NCBI GenBank assembly: GCA_002245135.1
Contig: NGBS01000293.1
Coordinates: 124,001 to 188,000, forward strand
Source: Proteromonas lacertae
Taxonomy: Eukaryota
Reading direction: 5' to 3'
Length of the DNA: 64,000 nucleotides
The translations under genes were made by a program, and so were the position numbers. Below, in pieces: positions 13,967 to 26,363 of this stretch (position 1 is the stretch's first letter; every line of letters starts with the position of its first letter). The notes under the pieces are model-generated. The model had not been told where the DNA came from. It saw only the letters and a program-made list of their open reading frames with translations, and did not search any database.

Positions 13967-14473
13967 CTTTATGTAAATATATAACAAAAATAACGAAATT
14001 CAATTTTTATCAAAATTTTGAATAACCCAAAACTTAAAATGTGATTTAATTGTTGATATATGAATGTAAATACAATAATGTTATTATATTCCGTTTTAAT
14101 GATGTTAATACGAGTATTTTGAAGTTAAAATATTATGTAAGTACAATGATAGTGTTAATTTTGCTTAGCATGTGATTAATAATATGATAGATGTGTTTGA
14201 AAGTGAAATTTTATCTAATAGCTCTAAGAGAAGTGTTTGTAAGTATAATGAAAGTAATTGGAGATAGTTTAGGTGAGTCGAATATATAATTATTTCTTGT
14301 AGTTGTTGTATGATGAAAATCAGTACTTTTCAACAACTGTGTTATATAATTATAAAATATATATCCAAAAACAATAAACAATAAGTAAATAAATAAAATA
14401 AATTTATAAACAATTTATTATAAATACTATTAAAAATCTCAATCTCTATGTTTTATATAAATATATTAAAATA

Positions 14474-16714
14474 TTAAGAGTTTGGCAATGTTCGAGATTT
14501 TGGTTTTGTACTCATCGCTACTACACTTTCCCATTTCTCAGTTGTATTTCCTGTTGCATAAGTTGTTAATACTCGTTTAAATTCATCAGTATTTAATGGT
14601 TTTGTTACTACTTCATTTACACCATCTATATAACATTATATTATAATATCAATATTATATACGTTTAACAAATGTTCGTTTATCTTCTTCTAATGCATTT
14701 GCTGTTAAACCAATTATTGGTCTTTGATAACCCATCTTTCGCATTTCTCGAGTTGATTCATAACCATCCATTACAGGCATTTCTTTATCCATAAAGATTA
14801 TATCATATTCATGACCACTCTTTATTAAATCTACAGCTTCTTTACCATTTTCGGCAAAACTATATTCTTCTATACCTTGACGTTTAAATAAAAATCCCAT
14901 CAGTTTTCGAGTTGAAGCTAAATCTTCTACTAACAAAATTGTTACATTATGGAAATCAACTGGTTGACTTGTTTGAACTACTTCATCTACGATTGTACAA
15001 GTACTTGGATCTACTACAGATTGATCTTCAGGTATTGGTAATAAAATATAAAATTCACTTCCTCGACCTGGAACTGAGTTTATTCCAATTGTACCTTTAT
15101 GCATTTCAATAAATTTCTTACATCGAGATAAACTTAAACCAGCACCACGATCTCCATTTAATTCAGTTGGACGAATATGATGAAATTCTTTAAATATTAA
15201 TTGTTGATCTTGTGATTTTATACCTGGACCAGTATCTATTACTGATATCTTTACATAAGAAGTTTCCATTGGTATTGTGGAGGCTTTATCTGTTTGTAAA
15301 TTATTATTATTATTATTATTTTGTAATTGTTGGATTTGCTGTTGTTTAGGGGTTTGTGGAATGATTTGTCTTTGTTGTTGTTGTTGTTGAGGTGAAGTTG
15401 ACTGATTTTGTGATTGATTAATTGAACTTCCTTCAAATGGAGTTACTCTTATAATAACAGTGCTATTTGTAGGAGAGAATTTTATTGCGTTTGAGATAAT
15501 ACACATTAATGTATCTCCTATCATATTTGTATCACCAACTATAGTAGATGGTAAGGATTTATGTTCATATTCAAATTTGATTACGATTTGTCTCTCTCGA
15601 GCATAATCTCGAATTTCTCCTAACACTTCACCTATCAGTTTGAATAAGTCTAAATATTTCAAATCCATTTGTATTCTTCCTTCTTCTATATTTGCCATTG
15701 AATTGACACTGTTTAAGATTTGAGTCATCATTTGAACACTCTTTTTAATGATTTCTAATGTGTCTGATATCTCTTTAGATCGAGAAATGAAGTTGGAAGA
15801 TAATTCTTCAATACCAAGATAAACATTAGACAAAGGAATACGAATCTAATAATAATAATAATTACAAGGTAAAAATATATACTTCATGAAATATATATCT
15901 AATAAACTGCTGTTTTGCCAAATTTGCTTCAATTGCTTTTCTCTTTTCCATTAATAATTGATTATGATTTAAAAACTCTTGTCTTGTGAACTTCTCAGCT
16001 AAATAATTACCGGAACAGATTATTGCTGTTGCTAGTACACACATTACTGCTATTACGGCACATTTGTATATATTTGTATAAGATGTAAATACAAATAACA
16101 AAATAACAAATTCACAAGTTAATGCTGAAACCATATAAACTGAGTATTTGAAAGGAATTCTCAGAATGGAATATACTGCCACATCTATTGCTAATATTGT
16201 TAATATTATTCTATTACATATATATATATATTATTAGATAAGAAATACATATCATGAGAAGCATTCTCAGGTAAACCAAATAGTTGACCTCCAAATGAAT
16301 CAGTAAACTATATTTTATATACATAAAACAGTTTATTATACAAATGTTATTAACATGGAACCTACAAATGTCACTAATACTATAAAAGTGTATTGTTGTA
16401 TTGCATCTTTGAATATATTCAGATAAAATAGTAGAAAACAAATAACAAACAATAATAACACCAAAAATTGAGCTGCTATTCGAGTTATTGTATATGAAGG
16501 ATATTCTGTAACAGCTCTATAAACAAAAATAAAATTAGAAAGTAAATAAATACGATAGTAAATCCATTGGAATTATTATACATTCGGTAAAAACACAACC
16601 AAGTAAGGTTCCAAGTCGAAATAATCTAGACCTTCTTGCTTCAATCTTCTGGTATAATCGTTCCACATCTGGATCAGTAAAATTTAAAGACCATCTCTCA
16701 ATGGCTATCTCCAT
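14474..16714 (-). CDS. Membrane hybrid histidine kinase (multi-TM + HisKA + HATPase_c + receiver), about 5 introns
   Basis: H-box FIRYIFHE|IRIPL is split by intron 15846-15882. N-box IISNAIKFS, G1 VIDTGPGI, G2 GAGLSL and GRGSEF are present. Receiver has LLVED, FMDKEMPVMDG, LTANA, and VTKP after intron 14626-14662. N-terminal exons are hydrophobic. Confidence 0.9.
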
Positions 16715-16830
16715 TTTGATAAATTAAAATGAAACGAAAATAGAGTTTGGCTTGAGTTACATAGCTTGGCTTGTAAATCTATTTTGAAATTATCTAATAA
16801 ACAACCCAAAAACAGAAGATAAGATGTAAT

Positions 16831-18377
16831 TTAACGATTATTTCCACATTTTTCCTTCATATAATACAATGCTTTTATTGCAACACAATAATCATATACT
16901 CTTATTGGATTTTGGTTTAATAAAGTTAAATACTGTTGTGTTGAAAATTTATTGAATTTCCCTACAACATCCCTATTCATATACAATAATATTCAAATAT
17001 ACATGTAATATTGTAATAAAGTCTTTATTAATCCAATGATTTCATTCATATAATCAACACATTTCATGAATACTTCATAATTCTGATTCGTTGGATTTTG
17101 ATTAGGAAGTGAATTTATTGTATTATATAATTCTGGAATTTTCTTTTTCATTCCTAAGTCTGTAATACAATTTAAAATCAATTGAATATTATGAATATCT
17201 GCTTTAATCAATGGAAGTGAAGAAATATAATAATTGTATTGTGGTGACTATAATAGAAATAAAAATCAAAAATATACATTGGGAATAAGAAAAACAACTT
17301 GAGACTGTAATTGATTAGGATTAATTGGAAGTTGATTATTTAAACCATTATTTGGAGGTTGATTAACATTAGTTCCACTTTGAAGAGAGTTATAAGTAAC
17401 TGGCGGAGTAATTTTTGGTTGTTGATGATTATTTAAACCATTTTCATCAACTTGTGTTGGAGGTGTTAAAACTGGTTTATTATCATCACTATTTTCTGCT
17501 TCAATTGGTAAATTTTCATCTTCATTCATTAATGGTGTTGAATCTATTTCTATTGACATAAGACATTCTTTTGATTTAATAAAAGTTTCACCATCACCTG
17601 TTTCGATCTTGTATTTATTATCTTTCAATATTTCGATTATTTTCCCTTCTTTATCTTCATCAAGCATTGTTACACTTTCATTCACTACAAACTTTTTATT
17701 ACATAACTCTTTCATATAGATTAATTTATCTAAATTGTAAATATTCTCATCTAAATCTTCAATTCTCAAGTATTTTTGAAGTAAAGTATATGAAGAAGGT
17801 TTTAATTCTGTTATTTCTTTTCTATTCGAAATAGATATATTATAGATTATACACTACAGTTTCAATGTCTTTTTTTAATAATTCATTAAACACTTTTTCT
17901 TTTGTTTCATCATTTTTATATTTCTTGATTAATTCTAATTTTCTTTTGTAATTATTGCCTAAAGATTGAATAAAACTGATATCTTCAACTCCATTATTTA
18001 TAATAATATTTGGAGGTGTATTATTTAGATAATCAACTGAAGTTGGTAATAGAATATGAGATTTTATACCATTATTTGGAAGTTCCTTTTCACTATAAAA
18101 AAACTAAATTCATACACTTTCATCATATTTATTTATTAATCTGCAATATTGTTTATAGAATTCTTTGACCATTCTTACACCATCACAAGGACTATAATCT
18201 AAAGAAATTCGAATTGTCTTTAACTGAAAGATAGCATGACTTACTGCTTCTTTATCACTTTCTTCTATCTCTTCATCACTTAGTTTTGCAAATATATTAC
18301 TACACAATAGAAAGAAATATAATTTACAGTAGGTCATCTAAATCTTTCTTGTATTTTTCCACCTCATTTTTACTCAT
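16831..18377 (-). CDS. Hypothetical multi-exon protein with a small KOW/SH3-like beta segment and a Q/N/P-rich linker
   Basis: Starts MSKNEVEKYKKDLDDL; short GT-AG introns link ORFs 18110, 17266 and 16993 and a final exon ending TAA at 16831. Confidence 0.55.
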
Positions 18378-18607
18378 TATAACAAATTACAAATTTATAT
18401 ATTTTTATTGAAGTAAATTAGATGAGATAATAAAGAAAATATAAAATGCTCGACTAAAGGTAATCAAGCCTACATCATATTTTTCATATAAAAACATAAG
18501 ATAAGGAATAATAATCCACAAAATTATTTAATAATGTGAAAAAGCTTAACAATAAACTTATAACACATATAATAATATAATAAACAGAAATTATTAAAAA
18601 TTAACAA

Positions 18608-18909
18608 TTATTGAGGTGCAGTTTGAGGAGCAGATGGATCATTTCCAAAGAAAAACTTAAATAATTGTTGATAATCTGCTGAACACCACTCTAAACAAGT
18701 TTGGTCATTACTACTCAATTTGGATGGAATTCTTTTAAAACATCTTTCAAAACATTTTGATGATATTGACTATTAGATAGAAGAATAGAAAAATACATTT
18801 ATGGCATGTGCTTTTGCTCTATCATATGTTGCTTTCTCCTAATCATAAAAATAGTAATGCAAAATACTAACTGTTTGTTGTATTCTTCACTTGGATCAGA
18901 GTAAGACAT
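18608..18909 (-). CDS. Small Tim family (twin CX3C) mitochondrial intermembrane-space chaperone, copy A
   Basis: With two short introns removed it reads MSYSDPSEEYNKQLEKATYDRAKAHAINSISSKCFERCFKRIPSKLSSNDQTCLEWCSADYQQLF. Absent from the ORF track. Confidence 0.8.
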
Positions 18910-19095
18910 GAAAAATGAAAAAATGGGGTATGAAAATATTTCTTATTAACCTATTTAATTATTTTGAGAATTCTTAATTCTATCACTGATAGATACTTTA
19001 TATAAGCATAAATAAATGTCTGATATACGAATCAAGTAAATTTCATGGAATTAAAGAAAGAATCACAAAAAAAATTATAAAAAAATGTTCTATTA

Positions 19096-19378
19096 TTATT
19101 GTGCTTTATTTTGATGTTCTAATACTACTTGCATAACTTCAGAATATGCAGCTGCACAGTCTTTTATGCAATCTTCTTCTCTTTGTTGAAGTTTTTCAAC
19201 TGGTTTCTTCACACATCTTTTAAAACAGTTAGTTGTTGCACTCTATTATAAATATACCACTTGTATCAATACATTACTCATTTCATTGGCGAAAACATTT
19301 GAAAAAACTTGGAGAAACTATGAAAGAGAGTATAGACAAAATACATACAGTATCATTGGATTGCATTCCTGAATTCAT
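19096..19378 (-). CDS. Small Tim family (twin CX3C) chaperone, copy B
   Basis: With two short introns removed it reads MNSGMQSNDTFLQVFSNVFANEMSNSATTNCFKRCVKKPVEKLQQREEDCIKDCAAAYSEVMQVVLEHQNKAQ. Confidence 0.8.
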
Positions 19379-19466
19379 CTTAAAAATGAAAAATGATAAA
19401 TAATTTTGATAAACCTATTTTAATATTTTCAATAACCAAAATAATTAAAAAACATTTTTAAACTAC

Positions 19467-22117
19467 TTAAGACTCATTAACTGTTTTTGCAGCCATTAAT
19501 TTCATCAATCCATTATTCAACTTCTCCACTTTAGCATTTAATTTCTCACACTTCTTTTTCAACATCTCATTCTCTTGTGTTAAATTAGTAACATCCATAG
19601 TCTGGTTATTCATTTCAGCAGTCAAAGTTTCCACCTTTTCTTTTGCAGTTTTCAACCTCTCCTCCAATATATCATACTTAGTTTTATAAAATTCAGCTAA
19701 TTTCTTCCCTCTCTCATCATCACTAGTAGAAAGCACTTCTAACGATTGTTTTAACCTATCTAAATACGACTCATCAGACACAATCAAAGCATCACTACCA
19801 ACACTTCCTCCTGATGCTAATTCTAATTCAAGCTTTGACTTGTCTTGAATTAATTGATCTCTTTCTTCTAGTAACTTCTGATACTCTTTATATTTCAACT
19901 CATAGTTAATATAACAGAGTAATTTCTTATTTTCTATATTTATTCTCAATACTTCACCTTTTAATCGATTTATTATATTTTTTTCTTCTTTATTATCTTC
20001 TTCTTCTCCTTCTTTATTTTCTTCATTATTATTTAAATATTTATCAATATTAATACTATCAATAATAAAAGAACTTGTAGTATTCAAATCAATCAATCTT
20101 TCCTTCAATCTCGTTTCTTCATAAACCAAAATATTTGTAGATTCATCTAACAAACTAAAAAATCGATTCAAAAAGTCAATCTGTTGTTTTCCTTTGTTTC
20201 TTTCAGCTAAAGAAGAATCTAAAACTGAAGCAATTTTATTTTTTTCATCAATTAACTGTTTTATTTTTATTATTTCTTCTTCACTATTATTATTATTATT
20301 ATTATCTGAAAGTGAAGATAATAGCTCATTTCTTCTACTATACAATTCATCATGTTGGTTAGAAGCAGTTGTTAATTCATTTACGATATTATTTATACTT
20401 TGTAACATCTCCTTCAATTTCTCAATTTCGTCTTTTAATTTCATTATTTCAGTGTTTTTGTTATCTATTTCTCTATTCATATTTTCAATCATTTTATTTG
20501 GATCACCTCCTTCTTTTATTGCTTTTAAGTTTTTGATTTCTTCCTCTAAATCCTTTATTACATTTTGTGCACTTTCTGGATCTTTTATATTCAACGAATT
20601 TAAATATTTTTGTTTTTCATTTTCAAAGTCTTCCATTTGTCTTTTCAAGTCTTTTATATTCTGTTTTAATTCTTCTATTTCTTCTAATAATTTATCATGA
20701 TTTTTTATATTAGTCATTATATTATTTAATTGGTTATTTATTTCTGGATATTTACTCACTATTTCATCTGAAGATAATAACTCATCCCTTTCACTGCTTA
20801 ATTTTTGTAACGGATCTATTTCTTGATTATCAGATTTTAATTTCAAATCATTTTTTTCATCGTTTAACTTCCTTTTACTATCCTCTAAATTTAAATTATC
20901 TTCTTCCATTGTATTATTCACATATTCACTGTATAACTTCTCACATTCTAACTTTTCTTCTTTTGTTTGGATTTTGTAACGACTCTAATTTCGATAAATG
21001 TTCCAATAATTCTATTGGTTGTTGTTGTTCTTGCTGTTGTTGATTAATTGTTTCATTTATCACTTTATCTAAACTATCAATATCTATTTTATCATTATAT
21101 TTACTTTCCACTAGTTTCAATAGACAATTATGAATATATTCTAATTCAGATATTTCCATTTGATTTTTAGGTGGAAGTATAGTTGAAAGTGATTGACTTA
21201 ATTGTTCTAATTTAATTAACAAATTCTGATTTTTCTTCACTAAATTGTTTATTCTCTTTTTAATCATTGGAGGATCAGTTAATAAAGATTTCAATTGTTT
21301 TATAGCAAATATTAAATCATTTTTCTTTTGCTTTATTTCACTATCATTATTTTCATTCATTTTCATTTTCATTTATTACATCTGGAATAACACTTTGCTT
21401 TGAATTTACATAGGTATAAAACATTGATGCATCTTTATATTGTTTTATTAATTTATCATTATTAGATTTTACTTTCATTAATTCATCAAATGAAGTCAGA
21501 AAAGATGTAATTGATTCTTCATTATCATTAAAGGTTTGACTGAAGTTTGACATCATTTCATTATAAGTATCTCTTAGATTGGCGAAGGATTGTTGTGGTT
21601 GTTGTGTTTGTTGTGATTTATTTCTGTTATAATTATTATATAACATAGATGAAGAGTTATTAAAATGTGTATCATTGAATGAAAATGTATTATTATTATT
21701 ATTATCTTGACAGGATATAGTCATTATTGGATATTCTACATATTCATATTCATTATCAATATCTGGTGGATATTGTAATGCTGGAGTTAAGTCTACACCA
21801 ATCTGTTTTTGAAGATTGTTTAATTGTTGTAATAATTCTTCATTATCTTTTCTCAATCGTTTTATTTCATGGTGATATTCTCTAGATTTGTTGCATTCTT
21901 TTTTAAGTTTTTCTTCTAACTCAACTACCGTATCTCTTAGAGTCTGTTTATGATTATTTTCAGTTTTATTCAATTCTTCTTTTAACGCATTTATTTTCTC
22001 TTCTGTCTCCATTAACTTCTCACTTTCTAAAATGGAGGAATTATTGTCATCTTCATCTGAGGAACTTGGAGTATCTCCTATAACCGACGGAAATGATCGA
22101 TTGGTTTCATCATCCAT
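19467..22117 (-). CDS. Long coiled-coil protein (one gene with two apparent indels near 21358 and 20962)
   Basis: Three consecutive E/K/L/N-rich ORFs; the frame switches fall in a GAAAAT repeat and an A-run, with no intron signals there. Confidence 0.6.
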
Positions 22118-22254
22118 TGTATTTGCCTTCTATCTGTTGATAAATTTTAATTTTGATAAAATGGCTGTTACAATGTAATTGACATGTCAGAATACCCAAG
22201 CTAAGTTTGTTGAAACAAAAATTTATATCTTTTAATATTTCTAAATATAGATAG

Positions 22255-25200
22255 ATGAGTAATCCGTTTGGAGATGATGATGAAGACGAAAAGGGTAATC
22301 CATTTGGAGATGATGAGGACGAAGGCAACCCATTTGGGGATGATGAAGAAGACAAACCAACCACTATAGAAGCTGCTAAAAATTCAGAATCAGAAAAGAA
22401 TCCATTTGGAGGTGACTCTGAAAGTGAAGAAGGCAATCCTTTTGGTGGTGACGATAATGATGATGATCTTAAACCTACGGCTATAAAAACTAAACCAAAA
22501 GAAGAAGAAAATCCATTTGGAAGTGAATCAGAAGATGAACCAAATCCATTTGGGAAAGAAAGTGATGAAGAAGATTTAAAGCCAACTCCAATAAAACCTA
22601 ATAATAACCCACCTCCTAAACGTGAGAGTAGTGAGAAAAATCCATTCGGCAGTGAATCTGAAAGTGAAAAAAATCCATTTGGAGGAGATGATAGTGAAGA
22701 AGAGGCAAACCCGTTTGGTGGAGATGATGAAAAACCAACACCAGTCAGGGCAAAGTCACCAATACCACCAGCTCCAAAAGAAGAACCAAAAGAAGCTAAT
22801 CCATTTGGAAGAGATTCTGAAAGTGAAGATAGTGAGAAAAATCCATTTGGAGGTAATGATGAATCAGAAGAAGAAGAAGAAGAAGATAATCCCTTTGGTA
22901 AAAATGATAAAAAAGAAGAATCAGATGAGGAAGAAGCAAATCCATTTGGTGGTGGTGGTAATAAAAATTCAATCAAAAAAGAAAAAGAAGAATCAAATCC
23001 TTTTGGAGGAAGTGATAGTGAAGAGGAGGCAAATCCGTTTGGTGGAAAAGATGATGATGATGATGATCTTAAACCAACAACTATTAAAAAGAGTAGTGGA
23101 GGAGGAGGTGTATTATCATTTTTAAAGAGTAAAAACGAAGATAATAACAATAGTGGTGGATTAAGTTTTATGGATAAATTAAAAGGTAAAAAAGAACCAA
23201 AGAAAGAAATACCTGTAGAAGAAGATCAAGAAGAACCTGAAAGTATGTCAAAAAGTAAAGCAGGAGGTTTATCAGCCATCTTTGGTGGTTCTAGTGGTGG
23301 TGGTGGTGGTGGTTCATCCTTATCATTTCTACACAAAGGTGAAGTTAAGAATAAAGCAGCAGTTGTACATGTAACAGCTGAACTATTCGATGAAAATTAT
23401 GATGTTACAACTTTCATTAGTGCAATAACAGATTCATTTTTCACTGCCAATCAAGGGATGAAAATAGATTTTGATGCTTTAGAGAATCATTTAAATAAAA
23501 GTGCAGCAGAAGTGAATAAATTGAGAGAAAGATCAGATGAAGATACAAAAAATACAATGAATGAGTGTAATATCGCAGAATCTGAGTATCAAAATGAAGT
23601 GAGAGAACATCAAGAGAAATTGGCACATATTAAAGATGATTTCAGTCAATTAGATTCAACGTATATATATATTATTTTATCAATTATTTTATTTGTTTTG
23701 TATAGATTCAGTAGTATTGCTGGAACAGCTGTAAGTATTGGAGAGACTTTGAGAAAATTGGATCAACAGAAAACTAATGCTTATATTACTGATTCTTTAT
23801 TAAAACAATATATTGTATATATATATATAATTATTATTAATATAATATTAGAAAATTCGTGATACAAAAGGAGAGATAAATCCCAAAGAGTTTATAGATG
23901 AAAATGATTTAGAAGGAAGTTGTAAACAGTTAAAAGATTTAATCGCTGTAGTGGATAATTTGAATGTAGAAGAACAACAATTAGTTGAACAAAGAGTACA
24001 AGAAATATCAAGATATATAGTGGATGAATTATCCAATAGATTTTGTTCAAATCTTGCAACTGAACAAATATCTTTTTTTCTTTTTTCATTTATATTTTTT
24101 ATATATGTTTTGTTCCTTAATTCTTATCTTGTACTATGATCAAGAAATGGCTGTTGCTGAAGCTTTAGTTGCATTTAATGGTGGTTCAACTCTATTTGAA
24201 AGATATATGAATGTTGTTGTATTACCTCGTTTACAACAAAATATTGCTGAAATTGGCGTTTCATCAATTGGTGATCCTGAAAAAAGATACGTTAAGAAAG
24301 TGGATAGTTATTTCGCGAAATTAAAATCTGAGTGGAAAGAAGATCAGAAAGTAATTACTCGTTCAATTCCAGTAGGTGAACGTTCAAGAATGGCAAAGTT
24401 ATTAATGGAAAGAATTGTAGTGGATGAAATTGTCGGTGTATAAAATATTTTCCACTAATTATTATGAATAGATTTCTTCACTGTTTATGGATTTGGTTGA
24501 TCCAATGGATACTCAGTATGAATTAAGAGGTCATAAATTTGTTAAATGTTTTGTTTATTTATTTCAAAGAGCTGAAGCATTTCTCTTTTCTGTTTCTAAT
24601 CGTAATCCTGATGATCCAGAAGATGAAGGTCAATACAATCCTGACAATAATAATAACAGTAATAAAAATGATAATAAAAATAAAAAAGATAGTAATAAAT
24701 CTAGTAGTAATAATGATAGTGATATATATTTATCAAATGATTTCATTTATACACAATTACGAAGTGCATTTAGTGATTATGAAGGAAGATATTTTGAATT
24801 AGAAGAAGATTTATTAACCAATCAATTGAATGATATTTTATTTACAAAGAAAGCAATTCCTGTGTTTATACAGCATATATTAAATCCACCTGATAATGCT
24901 ACAGAGAATTATTATTTGTATTTTATTTTATTTTTATTTTATATGTTTAATAGTGATGAGATTAAAGCTGTATTAAAGAGTGGAGATATAGGAAATACAC
25001 CAACAACAGTTGCATTTTGTATTATTATTAAATATTTATATATTTATTTTTTAAATAGATATTTTACAAAAAGTATATTATGAACAATATGCAGTGGTAT
25101 TGATAGAGTCTTTAGATGAACCATTAAGTAGACTTTTCAATATGATTGGTCATGATAAGAATCAAGCCAAAGAATACTATAAAGAAGTAGAATATTTGTT

Positions 25201-26081
25201 CAATACATTGTGCAAGAAGTTTGGTGATGAATTCATTAATTTGCCAGCTGATATAATGATTCAAGCACATAGAGTTTTGCAAGAAAAAGATCAAGCCGAG
25301 CCTGAGTATCAATTATTTGAAGTTATCCAAAGATTGATTCAGTTATTATCAAATGTGAATAAATATTATTATACAAAAATACATCCATTAGTCAAATCAA
25401 ATCCAGATGTTGCTCAAGCATGCCATTTATCTCTAATCAATCTTTATTCAAGTTGTGAAAAGAGAATAGTAGAGATGTTAACTATTTCTATGAATATTGC
25501 GTTAGATCATATTGATGGTATATTATTAACAGGTGTAAAGAATAAAGAATTATCAAGCCCACCACCTGAGAATATTAATAGACCCAGTGAATCGTGTTTA
25601 TTAGTGTGTTCTTATTTACTTAAACATGTTGATTATGTTAATGGAATCTTGGATGGACAGAATCTACAATCATATGTATGAATTTTATTAATTATTTGTA
25701 ATTTTTATAGTTATATCAACTATGGGTTAAATTCCATGAGAATTTTATTCAAAATGTAATAAAGAGTAAAACGTTAACATCAGCAGGAGCTGTGTTGTTA
25801 GGATTTAACTTGGAAGAATTAAATCATGTATAATATTCAATATTATAATACTATTTATATAGACTGCTGATGGTTTTTGCATTGAAGAAGTTCAAATTGA
25901 TTATATAAACTTATCCAAAGAAATACAATTGGTGTTAGATCCTCCAGATTTAATTAAAACTGAATTACAGAATGATTATCTAATGAAAGTGAAGAAATCT
26001 AGGTTGGCTGATTTACTTAGAATCAGGACAGATTATAAGACTAATAGAACAATAAGAGATATTGTATCAAATTTAACATAA
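22255..26081 (+). CDS. SEC10: Exocyst component Sec10/EXOC5 with an N-terminal acidic NPFG-repeat extension
   Basis: FDENYDVTTFI; FSQLDST|FSSIAGTAVSIGETL; ALVAFNGG; LDGQNLQSY; AGAVLL; LRIRTDYK follow the Sec10 order. Multiple short introns; TAA at 26079-26081. Confidence 0.8.
24068..24134 (+). other. U12-type (minor spliceosome) AT-AC intron
   Basis: 5' end ATATCTTT, branch point TTCCTTAAT near the 3' end, terminal AC. Removal (67 nt) joins ..NLATEQ|YDQEMAVAEALVAFNGG in frame. Confidence 0.85.
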
Positions 26082-26363
26082 TTTCTATAATCTTTTGTTT
26101 ATATACTTTTTGAATGTATTCGATAAGGTTTTACTGATAAATAATGCAAATATCAATACATGAATAATGGTTTTACACTATTTCTAGTTGTGTACACAAG
26201 TTGATTTAATTATACCTTTCTTCATCTAAATAATTCAACTCTAAGCTAATAAAATAACTAATGCTATATCTTTGTAAGAGTTATTTGGATGTTTAATGAA
26301 TATACAGTTAGCAACACAAAAAAGTATCAAAAATAAGGGGGTTAAAAATGATATTTATTTAAA

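Noticed and set aside
22110..23150. 346-aa minus-strand ORF with PNG(F/L) repeats
   Set aside because: It is the antisense of the NPFG/acidic repeats of Sec10.
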